From positions 33,504,871 through 33,560,727 of the forward strand of contig NC_068984.1 in assembly GCF_001194135.2 (NCBI RefSeq): a stretch of 55,857 bases of DNA. Reading direction: 5' to 3'. This stretch comes from Octopus bimaculoides. Its lineage: Eukaryota. The translations under genes and the position numbers were made by a program. This document shows, piece after piece, positions 37,380 through 51,410 of the stretch (the first letter of the stretch is position 1; each line of letters starts with the position of its first letter). Below the pieces are notes generated by a model. That model was not told where the DNA came from. It did not search any database and was given only the letters and a program-made list of their open reading frames with translations.

Positions 37380-39767
37380 CATTTAAACTGAAAAGGAAGG
37401 GGTTGCTATTCATAGCAGTTAGAGAAGTACTCAACTACCAACATGGCCGAAAAAGACCGAAGCAAGTGTAAAGGGAGAGTACGTACAAACATCAGAATTG
37501 ATTGAAACTGCAATTACTCTTCACGGGGTTCTTGAATCATGACCGGTAATAAAGATAATACACCTCCTGAAACAGAAGAAACCCGCCAATTTTGGAATAA
37601 CATCTGGAGGTAAGACGTGTCGCACAACCAGAGGGCTGAGTGGATTCCACGACAGGACCATATGCGCATAACAATGGAAGATGTCCTTGCACAGATATCA
37701 AAACTGCCAAAGTGGAAAGCATCAGGACCTGACAAAATTCAATGCCACTGGCTCAAGTGGTTTAGGTCACACAAGAGAATTGCGTTGCAATTAGACAATT
37801 GCCTACAGAGCGGTACAGTTCCAGATGAGATGAAGAAAAACATTGTTAATCAAAGATCGGTCAAAGGGCAATGGGTTTGGCAATTACCGACCCATTGCTT
37901 GTCTTAACATCCTATGGAAAGTATTGGTAGATACCCTCGCAGGGAAAATATATACGTTCCTTGCAGAAAATAATCTTCACAAAAGACATGCCGAAAAGAA
38001 TCCAAGGGCACCAAGGACCACCTTGTGATAGACAAGATTATAAGGAAGAACAGCAAACAGTAACAAAAACACTTATGTATCTCCTGGATAAACTTCAAGC
38101 ATGCGTACATGTTGCAGCATTCGTGGATTTTGGAAACACTCGACATATGTGGAATAGATGAGAACGGGTGTGCATTGATTAAGAACAGCGAGCCTAGCTG
38201 GAAAATGCGTATTTCCTGTAACAACCAGCAATTAGCCGAAGTACATACTTCATCCCACTTTCTGTAGTCCTACGTAAAAGCAACGTGCACTATGAGCTGG
38301 GAAAGAGCGGACCTCGTCTCAACCACCTTCTCTTCATGGATGATTTAAAACTGTTCGCAAAAACGAAGCCTGAAATGGAAAGGCTTGTTCAAACTGTGCA
38401 AATGTGCAGCAAGGATATAGGGAAGGAATTCGGTATCTCGAGGTGTGCGGTGCTTACTCTGAAGCGAGGGAAAAGAGTAAATTGTAGGGGCATACAATTG
38501 CCAAAAGGAGAGAGAACGAAAATTAAAGCTCAACTTAAGGAATCTTCTGACTGCCATCGACATAAGAGCTGTTGTTGTAGTCCGCTATCATGCACCTTTC
38601 TGAGATGAACACAAGCTGAGATTGACCAACTCGATCGCACTACCCGAAAGATTATGCCAATGCATGGTGCCCTCCAAACTAAGGCAAATATATACAGGCT
38701 CTACAAGATGAGAGGTAAGGGTGGACGTGAGGTGATTAGCGTACGGGAGTGCATCAATAGTGAAAGGAAAAACATGGTAGAATATTTGGTAAATAGCAAA
38801 CGAGACATGCTGCTGTATGCTGCAAGTGCAGAAAGAGTTGACAAAAATAGACTTCAGAGTGCTCACGAATTCCGATTAAGAACAACTAACGAGAGAGAAG
38901 AAACTCTACTCCGTATGGAATTGTATGGTCAGTTCCACCGTGAAGCCAAGTAATTAAAAGACCAGGAAGCATCATGGAAGTGGCTCCAGAAAGATGAGCT
39001 TAAAATGAATACTGAACGCCTAATTATCGTGGCCCAGGACAAGGCACTGAATACCAATTCAGTAAAAAAGAATAAATAGCACACAAGAGCATCGGACCTC
39101 TGCAGAATGTGTGGGAAAAGGGTCGGAAGAGTGACTCACATTGTTAGTGCTTGTCAAAGCCTTGCGCAGAAAGGGTACAAGGATAGACACGACAAAGTAG
39201 CCCCAAACCTCCACTGGCTACTATGTTGTAAGTATGGATATGAGGTTACTGATGCTTCGTACCAACATACACCGCAAAACGTAATGGACAACAAGGGGAA
39301 AGCAAACATCCTTTGGGACTTTGATTTCCAGACAGGCACAGTGTTAGAGTAGCGAAGACCAGACATAGTAACCTTTAGAACGGACAAACAAGACTGCCTA
39401 ATAAGCGACGTAGCAGTACCGGAGGTATACATATCATCATGAACGAAAGAGAAAAGCTTGATAAATACGGAGACCTGAAAATTGAGATCACTAAATACGG
39501 CAGCTACGAGAGTCGAACTTAAAGATTATCCCTATTGTAATTGGAGAAATATGTTCAATACCACCCAATCTGAAAAAAAAAAAATTGAAAACCTCAGAAA
39601 AAAACTACTATTTAGATGTATTGCAAAAGTTGGCATTACTTGGAATATATTGCGTAAAGTACTGTTTGTCTGACGTCTTTGTTGCGACATGACAAATAGT
39701 ACAACTCCCCGGTTGACACAATATCTTCAATCAACAACCTTACGATGTTGTATACTGTGCGACGTCT
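37380..39767 (+). mobile_element. R4/Dong-like non-LTR retrotransposon, decayed RT plus CCHC plus RLE, ending in (AAT)n
   Basis: PPETEETRQFWNNIW; LPKWKASGPDKIQCHWLK; YRPIACLNILWKVL; LNHLLFMDDLKLFAK (catalytic); CRMCGKRVGRVTHIVSAC; RHDKVA; ILWDFDFQT..RRPDIV; LDKYGDLKIEI; ILRKVLFV*. Has frameshifts and internal deletions (the QGDSLSP motif is lost near 38240). Confidence 0.93.
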
Positions 39768-40009
<242 letters not shown>

Positions 40010-40435
40010 AATGATTTTATGATTAAGTCGACCATGAGATAGAGAATAGGAAGCCTTAATTGAGAAAGAAAACAAACTATGCTGGATCATAGATATAGCA
40101 TGCCTAGCTGACAACAATGTATGTGATAAGGAAGAAAGAAAAGTTGAGAGATATGACAGGTCAGTTTTGGAGGTTCAACAGTTGTAGTCAATGAAATAGG
40201 TACAAGTAGTATCAATAATTGTAGGAGCCCTGGGAACAATGAGCAAAAATCTCGAGAAGTGCGTGAAACACATAGGGGCTGCAATAAGGGTGGTGCACTT
40301 GCAGAAAATAGCACTGCTTGGAACCGCTCGAATACTCCGGAAGGTGCTCAAAAAATAAGAGGTGTTACCTTACTTCACTGGTAGTGAACAGCTGATACTG
40401 TAGTACTTCTCCAGCGTTAAAAGCTGTGCAAAGGT
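40010..40435 (+). mobile_element. 5'-truncated R4/Dong-like element (RLE domain and 3'UTR)
   Basis: DHEIENRKP..ENKLCWIIDIACLADNNVCDKEERKVERYD..SIIVGALGTMSKNLEK..LQKIALLGTARILRKVLKK*, then a short 3'UTR and (AAT)n. Confidence 0.88.
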
Positions 40436-40491
40436 AATAATAATAATACTAATACTAATACTACTACTACTACTACTACTAATAATAATAA

Positions 40492-40870
40492 TCTCTAAAT
40501 GCTGGAGATGTAAGAATTTCATGTGGCATTTTCCAGGGTGACTCACTATCACCACTCCACTTCTGTCTAGCCCTAATACCGCTCTCAAAATTGCTCAATG
40601 ATGCACAGTATGGTTATAAAATCAGAAACAGAGGGGTTTATCATAGCAGCCCAAGATCAATGCCTACCTACAAAGAACTACCAGGCCAACATATTAAAGA
40701 ACGGCAGCTCCCCATTATGTCGTATATGCCAACAACAAAATGAGACCATCGATCATGTTGTCTCCATGTGCAGTCTGCTTGTGCCTACAGAGTATCTCAA
40801 CAGGCATGATAGAGCTGCACAATATATTCACTGGGTAATATGCAAAAACCTGGACTTGCCCCATGATAAA
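40492..40870 (+). mobile_element. Internally deleted R4/Dong-like element running into a gap
   Basis: AGDVRISCGIFQGDSLSPLHFCLALIPLSKLLNDAQYGYKI is fused, with a frame change at aaaatc (40618-40623), to KSETEGFIIAAQDQCLPTKNY..CRICQQQNETIDHVVSMC..RHDRAAQYIHW. Confidence 0.9.
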
Positions 40871-41634
40871 NNNNNNNNNNNNNNNNNNNNNNNNNNNNNN
40901 NNNNNNNNNNNNNNNNNNNNNNNNNNNNNNNNNNNNNNNNNNNNNNNNNNNNNNNNNNNNNNNNNNNNNNNNNNNNNNNNNNNNNNNNNNNNNNNNNNNN
41001 NNNNNNNNNNNNNNNNNNNNNNNNNNNNNNNNNNNNNNNNNNNNNNNNNNNNNNNNNNNNNNNNNNNNNNNNNNNNNNNNNNNNNNNNNNNNNNNNNNNN
41101 NNNNNNNNNNNNNNNNNNNNNNNNNNNNNNNNNNNNNNNNNNNNNNNNNNNNNNNNNNNNNNNNNNNNNNNNNNNNNNNNNNNNNNNNNNNNNNNNNNNN
41201 NNNNNNNNNNNNNNNNNNNNNNNNNNNNNNNNNNNNNNNNNNNNNNNNNNNNNNNNNNNNNNNNNNNNNNNNNNNNNNNNNNNNNNNNNNNNNNNNNNNN
41301 NNNNNNNNNNNNNNNNNNNNNNNNNNNNNNNNNNNNNNNNNNNNNNNNNNNNNNNNNNNNNNNNNNNNNNNNNNNNNNNNNNNNNNNNNNNNNNNNNNNN
41401 NNNNNNNNNNNNNNNNNNNNNNNNNNNNNNNNNNNNNNNNNNNNNNNNNNNNNNNNNNNNNNNNNNNNNNNNNNNNNNNNNNNNNNNNNNNNNNNNNNNN
41501 NNNNNNNNNNNNNNNNNNNNNNNNNNNNNNNNNNNNNNNNNNNNNNNNNNNNNNNNNNNNNNNNNNNNNNNNNNNNNNNNNNNNNNNNNNNNNNNNNNNN
41601 NNNNNNNNNNNNNNNNNNNNNNNNNNNNNNNNNN

Positions 41635-41730
41635 AAGAAGAAGAAGAAGAAGAAGAAGAAGAAGAAGAAGAAGAAGAAGAAGAAGAAGAAGAAGAAGAAG
41701 AAGAAGAAGAAGAAGAAGAAGAAGAAGAAG
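41635..41730. repeat. (AAG)n microsatellite
   Basis: Directly visible. Confidence 0.98.
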
Positions 41731-41860
41731 AATAGACCAATGCATAAGAAGTGAAAGAACTCTTGCCAAGTATTTGATAAATAATGATGAAGAATTGCTG
41801 CAATATGCCGTGAAAGATATGGGTGTAAATGATGAAATGATGAGCAAGGAAGAGTTTAAC
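41731..41860 (+). mobile_element. R4/Dong-like post-RT fragment
   Basis: IDQCIRSERTLAKYLINNDEELLQYAVKDM parallels ECINSERKNMVEYLVNSKRDMLLYAAS at about 38745-38830. Confidence 0.6.
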
Positions 41861-42825
41861 AGTATGTATGCATGTATGTACGTATGTATGTATGTATTAG
41901 AATATTTGGTATTTATTAAAACTGAATATCAATATCAAATACGCTATATTGAAGATCACCTGTTTGTGCTTTTGAGGTTGTTTACACAATCACGCATACG
42001 CAAACTCACAGAAACATACACACAAATACTTGCATATATACTTGCATTCATGAATACAAACATATGTACATACCTTCATATAGGTACTGACAATAGGAAC
42101 ATATTGTGAAATTGTTCCGTATTGTGTATCTTAGTTCTGCAATTGGAAAAACAGGAAATTACATGCAGACAAGGAGCATTACTGTTATGTCATGGTATAG
42201 ATAAATCAGGAAATCAATCAATATGTCAAAGTTAATCCGGAAAGAATAAAGCCGTGTCTTTTGGATAGATTTGGACATGCATTCATTTCACTCTGCACTT
42301 TTGATAACTTTCCTCGCGAGATATATCCGATGGCTGCTGGACATAGTGCAGTCTGAAACTCTCCCTTAAAAGTTGTCTTTATCCCTCCCTACCTCACCCT
42401 TTATATATACACACACATTACATTTAATCATACATACACAAATATTTATTTATATATTTATTGGAACCTGTAAAATATTGGTTAGCATACAAATTGCGTG
42501 TATTTGAGATTATTCGTAGTAAGAAAACAAGTGATAAATGCTTAGGTATAAAAGCAAACAGATAACATCCAAAAATAAATGGGAAACTTGTTTCATCTGA
42601 TACAAACAACAAATAACATTTAACATTACTCAATTTGTAGGATATCGCAATGAACGGAATGAAGGACTATGACTAACAGATACCAATAATTTGATTCAAA
42701 TATATTCTGAGTATATTATTGTTGTTTTAAAGAACATTAGTATCTGCATGTACCAGGATGGATTTGCAAATAGAAAGACTAAGTGACTAATTACATTAGC
42801 ACGTACCTTGTATATATATATATAT

Positions 42826-43780
42826 AATTTACAAACGTACCGTTAATTCTATTATTATCCAATGTCACTAGTTTAAGAATGATAATAACAGAATCAACGA
42901 TACCAGCGACTGCAAACCAAAAATGGCATTTAAATAGCCGAGGGATTATAATTAATCAAAGGATATACTAAGTATGACTACCTGCTTGAAATAACAGTCA
43001 AAATTCGTTAATTAAATCACCAAAAATACACTGGTGATTACCACAGAAATCAAACGAAGGCAAATTTGGTTAAGACAATCTACTTACATACAATTAAGTA
43101 TATGGATTTACGTGAACTAGTTTCTGCATTGGCACAATATTCCTTAGCTTCTTCAGTACGCATGACCAACAAAGCGATTTCCAACCTATCCTTCCGAGAT
43201 CTGTGCCACTACTGATTCGTTTCGCACCGAAATCACAGAAGCTTCCCAGTGTAAAAAATAATCTCGTTGCCGAATTTATGAGATTATAATTTAATAAAAT
43301 TAATTTACAAATTTGCCTTCGTTTGATTTCTGTAGTAATCACCAGTGTATTTTTGGCGATTAAATAACGAGTTTTGACTGTTATTTCAAGCATGTAGACA
43401 TACTTAGTATGTTCTTTGATTAATTATAATCCCTCGGATATTTTAATGCCATTTTCGGCCTGCAGTCGCTGGTATCGTTGATTCTGTTATTATCATTCTT
43501 AAACTAGTGACATTGGATAATAATAGAATTAATGGTACCTCTGTAAATTAATTTTATTAAATTATTTTCTCGTAAATTCGGCAACGGGATGATCTTTTAC
43601 ACTGGGAAGCTGCTGTGATTTCAGCGTGAAACGAATCAGTAGCGGCACAGATCTCGGAAGGATAGGTTGGACATCGCTTTGGTGGTGAAGCGTACTGAAG
43701 AAGCTAAGGCATTTCATGCCAATGGAGAAAGTTGTCCACGTAAATCCATATACTCAAATGTATGTAAGTAGATTGTGTTA
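42826..43780. mobile_element. Fold-back element B-A'-B' preceded by an inverted copy of its centre (A)
   Basis: A (42837-43068) is the reverse complement of A' (43308-43538). B (43071-43308) is the reverse complement of B' (43543-43780). Confidence 0.9.
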
Positions 43781-44249
43781 GTGCCCACTGGTTTGGAAAC
43801 CATTGTGAACGAATAACCCCTTAGCTTCTGCTAAAGCATGGCTCTAAGATATGCAAAGAATGGCGTTGAACATTTTGAGGAACTGTTGCTTTCAGTTGGG
43901 ATTATGGCGCTTCAACATTCGTTAGCCTACGACTCATATTGGTGCTGGATATCTTGCCTTGGCTTGCGGTGCTCTTCGTGCTTTACTGGACCTGAAATTT
44001 CAGGAGTGCCCGATGCCCAGTCGAGAAGGAGGTCACCACCGCAAGTATGGAAGCTGCGGACATGAACCCAGAGAAAGCTAACTGCTGATGCAATAACTTC
44101 ATGCATGGGCATTGCTGGCATTTTGCATAGGCAATGGTCAATTATTCTCTTCCTCAGTTACGAGTAGACTTTACTCATATATGTATGTGTATGTGTGTGT
44201 GTGTGCGAGTGTGTGTGTGCGTATGTGTGTGTGTGTGTGTGTGTGTAGT

Positions 44250-44563
44250 TTGCGTGGCTTATTTGATTAAGTCATCGGCTCACAGTCGTATGCTCGTGAG
44301 TTGGATTTCCGGTGGCGTTGTTATCTTGACCAAGATACTTTAGTTTCCGTTGCTGCAGTCCATTCGGCTGGCAAAAATGAGTTGTAACTCTGATTCAAGC
44401 GGCCAACCTTGTTACTCTCGATATCACGCTGTATCTCCCCGAGATCTACGTTAAGGGTAGGCGTATCTGCTGAGTGTTCACCCACTTTCACGTTAATTTC
44501 ACGCGCAGTTTGTTCTGTTGATCGTATGAACTTGAACACACGTCGTCGTAAGCGATGGACAGC
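44250..44563 (+). mobile_element. Diverged tRNA-derived SINE sharing the 3' half of family B
   Basis: Head gcgtggcttatttgattaag..; 3' part tacgttaagggta..cacgttaatttcacg.gca..tgtt..gttgatcg matches 16545-16665. Confidence 0.75.
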
Positions 44564-45387
44564 CAGATTATTTATATATATGCTTTTATATCTTTTATTT
44601 TTTATCTGTACGTATATTTTTACGCATAAAAGGGCTGGCCTACATTACGTTCACTCCATCAAGTTTTCTTATATTCGATACAATTGTCTTTTATTACCAA
44701 TCATCACTTGCAGAAACTTTTGTAATGTCTTTTATTAAATTTATTCTGGTAAAATGTTTTCGAGCACGGGAAAAATCATTTAAGAATTTTGAACACCGAA
44801 TGGAAATACATTCTCTGTAATAATTCTCAATTTTCTTGTTATTATATAGTATATTGTAATATTTTTTAGCACATCTCAAGAAATGAAGCGATTTCACAAT
44901 TCTATATTACTTATTTTATTTAATTAGCTGTCCTTGGTATTGTGAATTGGACTTATGATATAGCTGAAACTTTTAACGCAAATACGAATAAACATGAACA
45001 AAAATATAGACACGCATCTTTGTGAATAGTTTTCAACAGAGAAATCGAGTGTTCCCGTTCATATACACATAGCCGAATAATATTTCATTGAGCATTTGAG
45101 ATTTGTAAGTGTGACTCTATATATGTTTGCATATGTATATATTTATTCATGAATTGAAAATACATATTTCAATGATACGTCACAGAATATTAGTTTTTAT
45201 TTCGCATTTACTTTTACAGCATCACATTAAGTTCGGCCTAACACCTGATCATCATGTAGTTTGGCGAAGTTTAACCAGTTCTGCATAGATATAAACATTT
45301 TCCCCTACATCATACACCAAATGATCGAGTTCTACACTTGTTACCATCAGGTGTAACATATACGAGTATACATTTCAAATCCTTGCG

Positions 45388-45389
<2 letters not shown>

Positions 45390-45458
<69 letters not shown>
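45390..45458. repeat. (TG)n microsatellite
   Basis: Directly visible. Confidence 0.98.
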
Positions 45459-45462
<4 letters not shown>

Positions 45463-46031
45463 CGTGTGTGCGTGCCTGTAAGATATGATTCATATTCGTG
45501 GGCTGGAAGAAAGGATTCTTTTGATGATTAGCCAATGAGCAATGAAGTCCCTTTTGTTGGTGTAAGTTTCCGAAAGGAATAACAAGATGTATTTACCGCT
45601 TATCAAAGATCTGTAGTGAAAGCATTCAAAACACGTATGCAAAAAGCAGTAAATCTATTCTAGGTTTTCTAATGCCCACTGTTTTAAGTTTATGTCTAAA
45701 ATACTAACGTTAATCTCAGTGCGGGTTAATTTCGTTGTTGCGTTCGGTGTAAACTGCGATAGGTAGAAATCCTTTTCGCAACCACAATTCTGTTGACTAT
45801 TCTTCCTCCGATGCGTAACCAATCAACACCGAAACACATGAAAGTAGTCTCCCTTTATATTTTGTGTGCGATAGAAGAAAATAATATAGTGGATTACATT
45901 TCTTAGTTCTCCCGTAGTGAAAGATTTCAAAATTTACATTCATTGCATTAAACTCATTTAATGTCATATGTATCCCACATAAATTATATATATATACATA
46001 CATACATACATATATGCATGTATATACGTAG

Positions 46032-46080
<49 letters not shown>

Positions 46081-48497
46081 NNNNNNNNNNNNNNNNNNNN
46101 NNNNNNNNNNNNNNNNNNNNNNNNNNNNNNNNNNNNNNNNNNNNNNNNNNNNNNNNNNNNNNNNNNNNNNNNNNNNNNNNNNNNNNNNNNNNNNNNNNNN
46201 NNNNNNNNNNNNNNNNNNNNNNNNNNNNNNNNNNNNNNNNNNNNNNNNNNNNNNNNNNNNNNNNNNNNNNNNNNNNNNNNNNNNNNNNNNNNNNNNNNNN
46301 NNNNNNNNNNNNNNNNNNNNNNNNNNNNNNNNNNNNNNNNNNNNNNNNNNNNNNNNNNNNNNNNNNNNNNNNNNNNNNNNNNNNNNNNNNNNNNNNNNNN
46401 NNNNNNNNNNNNNNNNNNNNNNNNNNNNNNNNNNNNNNNNNNNNNNNNNNNNNNNNNNNNNNNNNNNNNNNNNNNNNNNNNNNNNNNNNNNNNNNNNNNN
46501 NNNNNNNNNNNNNNNNNNNNNNNNNNNNNNNNNNNNNNNNNNNNNGTATATATATATATACGTATATATATATACGTATATATATATATATACATATACA
46601 TATACATATATATACATACATATACATATATACATACATATGGGGGGAGTGCGGGTGAGTTTATATGTGAGCATAAACATATAAGAAGTATATGAATATT
46701 TATCTATCTATATGTACGTATGTATGCATGTAAACACGAATCCAATGATGTATAGGGCCAACACTATAAAAGAGACACATATGTCAGTTACTTGTTTTAC
46801 TGCAGTTTCTCCCTTGGCGTGTGGAGTAGTACATCTTATATTTACTGCCTTGATAAAAATAGTATATAAATGAAGCAATCTGATTTTCTACACATTTTCC
46901 CCCATATCTATAATTGAGAAGCGTCTAAAGCAACTCGTATTCTAGGATACATACTTCCAGTTTTATATTTGATTATCGAACCTTATTGTCAAATAATATG
47001 TCGTTGCCATATATTGTTGTAATATATTGACATAAAGCTCCTTTGTGCTTCGATTTGTCAGTAAAATCATGATTGGTAATAACACTAACAGCTCCGAGAT
47101 CCACATACGAAAATTTACGAAACTGTTTTATTGAACTATTCATTGGAAAATTTATAACCCGAATAAAAATGGGAAAAAGTATTAATCCCAATTGTATCAT
47201 ATAATCTTTTACTCATTTAACCATTGAACTCTAATTAGCAATTTTACAAAACTATAACTACTCTTGGTCGATTAGTCAGACATTTTCATTATTCCCGTGT
47301 TGAAATATATTTCTGTGTGCAATATTTATAGTCAGGCTAGGATTGTTTCATTCAGGGAGAGCATGTTGTCAATTATGATTTCATCGTTTCTCAATATAGT
47401 TTAAGCTTAATTGATGTCAGATCCATCTCTAAAATATTTCCTGTAGAATGTGATATTAAGCTAACAGTTCATGCAACTCTGAAATATATTGATAACAATA
47501 ATGTTTATTGCTAATATAGCAAAGCGGAATATTTAAATAAACAATCTCTCTTATACAATTTTGATTTAGAATTTTTATATTTTCCGTTTAAACGATCAAG
47601 TGAAGAATCAAATTAAATATCTAAGACGTAATTCAGTAAATGGAAACGTTTCGCTGCTTCTTCACTTTATATAAATATCTTTCCATCTCTTTATTTCAAT
47701 TACTGAAATCTCTGTACTGGAAGACACACTTAAATGTTCAATGTACATCGACTCTATTAAAACTTTAGAGACTGTGATCATGTCGAGCGCCTCAAATATT
47801 ATTTAGATTTAATCAGTTACCAATTCTGAGTACTAATCAGTTAGCAATTATGTTTTCTTTACACAGCCGAAGTTTGATGATAGACAGTGTCTTCATAATT
47901 GTTGTTAATTGCCCCTTTCACAATTTACTCAAGTGTGATAATGAACTCTCACGGCTGCTTCGGAGGGATATTGATTTATTTATGAAGCAAAAGTTCAGAT
48001 TTGTTATCGAAGGGTTATAGTCGCATAGTCTCTGCCTGTTACTATATCATTCACACTGAGTAATGAATTGTAATGTCGGACCGCCTTCACTAACAAGACA
48101 CTGCAAACGAATGTGTGAATACCACACAGGTAGGTGATTAGTCCAGCCCGTCTTGATTGTTTTGAGTAATCATAATTTCTAACATTCATATCTTTAAGGA
48201 TTGCTTTTTTTTTTTCTGTTGTTTGACGAGAGCATTGCCAACACAATCAAAACAAAGATAAGCGTTACACTTATTCTGTTTTCTCGGCTTTATTGAACAG
48301 CTGAACGTAATCAGTACAAAGGATATTTATCATTCAATTATGTTTTCTATTTTAGTCACTCAGATGCGTTCCGAAACTTCTGCTACTGATAATATTACTC
48401 CTCCTCCTTCTGCTATAACTATTGTTATTACGACTACTGCTTCTGCTGCTAGTATTGCTTCTAACGTCAAAAATAACTGCACCACCAACAGCAATAA

Positions 48498-48650
48498 TAG
48501 TCCTTTCTAATTTTGGCTCGAGGTCAGCAATTTTGGGAGAAATGTTAGCTATTTATATTGACCCCAGTTCTCGACTGGTACTTTATTTTATCGATACTGG
48601 GTGTATGAAAGGTGAATTCAACTTCAGCAGAATTTTAACTCAGCAGATAA
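48498..48650 (-). mobile_element. SINE family A, diverged
   Basis: tcctttcta..aggtcagcaattttgggag..ttgaccccagt..actggtactttattttatcgat..atgaaaggtgaattcaac matches the family A core. Confidence 0.7.
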
Positions 48651-49299
48651 CGACTCGGGAAAATGCTGTAACAATTTGTCCGATACTATAACCAATTCGC
48701 CAATTCAGCTCCCAGAATAATTGTTTCTAATATTTAAATATGACCACAGATTTGGAAATAATCGAGTACATTCATCATAGTACTTATTTTATCTTGTCGG
48801 TTTCCAAACAATAAAAGTGAAGTTGTCCTATATAGAATTAAATCTGAGGACGTAACTATCCAGGGCAAATTGCACAATTATTCTGCCAATCTATTGCCGT
48901 CATTGATTATTGTTTCTAAAATGAGCACCAAGCCAGAAATTTAGAGTAAAGGGAAGAGTTGATTATAAGGTTAGTATTTAACTGGTTTTTCTCTTAATCG
49001 AATCTGCTATACGCGTCTCACCAGAAATTGTTAAAGAGCACCTCCGTCAACCAACGTCGAATTATTTTGTTGATATGGTGAGTGATAGCTTTGGGCACCT
49101 GGAACAACATGTTGACTTCCAGAAGCAGATGCCTTGTCAATACTTTATGTTAGCTAACCACACAAATCGCAGATCTGAGGTTTGATTAGGTGAACGGTAG
49201 AAATCGTTGAATGTTTATATCCTGTCCCAGAATACTTCATTTTGTTGCATTCTTCATGGCCTAATGTACTTCTGCCCTATCCAAACAGGCACATTCATT

Positions 49300-49575
49300 C
49301 CTGGTTAAGAAGGAATATATTCACAGACATGAGAGGGTTGCGACCTATATACACTGGAAGCTATGCTAACACTATGGAAATACAACAGAAAAGGTCACAG
49401 AAAATGAGAAAGCAGCATACTCTGGGGTATACCAATACACAGAAAAAGAGAAATTGAGGCAAATATGCCGGATATATTTGTCAGAGATCATCATGAAGGA
49501 AAAAAAAAGCAAACTTTCTAATCGATGTATCAATACCAACAGATGACAATGTTTGTCTAAAAGAAGTGTAAAACC
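49300..49575 (+). mobile_element. R4/Dong-like RLE fragment of the same subfamily as 52334-53560
   Basis: aaggaatatattca.agaca.ga.ag.g..g.gacctatatacactggaagctatgc and atgtatcaatacca.cagatgacaa match 52690-52747 and 53200-53225; reads KEYIHRHERVATYIHWKLC. Confidence 0.85.
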
Positions 49576-49694
49576 AATAACTATATAATCCAACATAAAT
49601 ATCTGTTACGCAAACGTAAACAACATTAGTATTTAGCCTTAAATTACGTCTTACATATTCAAAGGACATTTCTTTATTCTGGTATTATTTTATT

Positions 49695-50075
<381 letters not shown>

Positions 50076-50342
50076 CCCACCCATTTTGTAGGATGTATTA
50101 CCCATTTTTCTGGGCTCTTTTCACAGCTATACTCCGATAAACAGGAGCCTCGTCGTCGTAACCGACAGAGAGCTATTTTTAAAAAAGATTGTCTTGAGAG
50201 GAATTCTTTGCGGGTGTGGATAATTCACCTCTGGAAACGTGAGTGTTTCGTTCAATATCCTTACACGAACCTTGTTATTTAGGGGCCTTTTGAGCGGGAC
50301 GGGCTACTCAACCTGAAGAAAATTTTAACTAGCCCCCCCCCC

Positions 50343-50530
50343 ACCTGCAAGGTCATGCGCTGTTTATCTTGATATGAAATCATCATGTCGCGCAAATATG
50401 GTTGTGATGCATGTACCTGGTCTACCCTAATAAGACGGGTAGTCATGATGAGCATACTGCGTTTCTTATATTTTACCCCAATGTTACTTTGATGGCATGC
50501 ATTTCTCTCACTCTATAATGATAATATTAA
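50343..50530 (+). repeat. Dispersed repeat ending in ctctcactc-(AAT)n (probable retroelement 3' end)
   Basis: cacctgcaaggtcatgcgctgtttatcttgatatga.atca.ca.gtcgcg is shared with 53631-53805. Confidence 0.8.
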
Positions 50531-50958
50531 TAACAATAATCCTTTCTATTGTTTGCACGAAGCCTGAACTTTTGTGGGAGGGGGCCAGTTGATTACATTG
50601 ACCCCAGTGTCCAACTGGTACTTATCTAATAGATCCTGAAACAATGAAACACAAAGTCAACCTCGGCGTAACTTGTACTCAGAACGTAAATACGGACAAA
50701 ATGCTACTGATAATATTGCCAGGCTCTAAAACAGATTTTAAACTCTTATTGGTTTAATGGTAGCAACAGCAATAATAATTGTTTCTACTAAAGGCACAAG
50801 GACTGAAATTTGGGCAACAGTGTAAGTCGATTACATTGCTCGACTACTACTCATTTTTATCGCGGCAGAAATGATGAAAGGCAAAGTCGACCTCGGCGGA
50901 ATTCGAACTAAGAACGTAAAGCGAGACGAAATGCCGCTAAGCATTTCGCCTGGCATGC

Positions 50959-51013
<55 letters not shown>

Positions 51014-51410
51014 CCTTTGTATTATAGGCACAAGGCCTGAAATTTGGGGGAGGGGGACCAGTCGATTAGATCGGTGCCAGTACGCAGATTGTACTTAATT
51101 TATCGACCCCGAAAGGATGAAAGGCACCGTAGAGCTAAGCATTTTGCCCCGCGTGCTAACGAATCTGCCAACTAGCCACCTAAAAACAACAACAACAATA
51201 ATAACAATAATCATTTCTATTATAGGCACAAGGCCTCAAATTTGGCGGGGAATGGCCCACTCGATCACATCGACCCCATTACACACAACTGGTACTTAAT
51301 TTATCGACATCGAGAGAATGAAAGGTAAAGTCGATCTCTGCGGCGTTTGAACTGAAAACGTAGTGATGGGCAAAATATCGCAAAAGCATTTTGTGCAGAG
51401 TGCTAACGAT
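50530..51410 (-). mobile_element. Cluster of four same-orientation SINE family A copies separated by (AAT)n tails
   Basis: Copies at about 50530-50720, 50775-50960, 51010-51180 and 51215-51410. The minus strand gives a tRNA-like head (ttagca.gcc.ggcgaaatgctt..gttcgaattccgcc, B box) and an (ATT)n tail. Confidence 0.85.

Noticed and set aside
43790-44140. GC-richer segment with HGHCWHFA*A, loosely like the MULE CxFH motif
   Set aside because: A single short motif with no flanking transposase context.
46973-47200. 75-aa minus-strand ORF in AT-rich unique sequence
   Set aside because: No recognisable motif and no convincing splice boundaries.
45532-49077. Further AG...GT-bounded short open segments (45532-45561 PMSNEVPFVG; 49025-49077 IVKEHLRQPTSNYFVDM; also about 42135-42194)
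   Set aside because: Such segments arise often by chance in 56 kb; acceptors are moderate and there is no homology or chain support.
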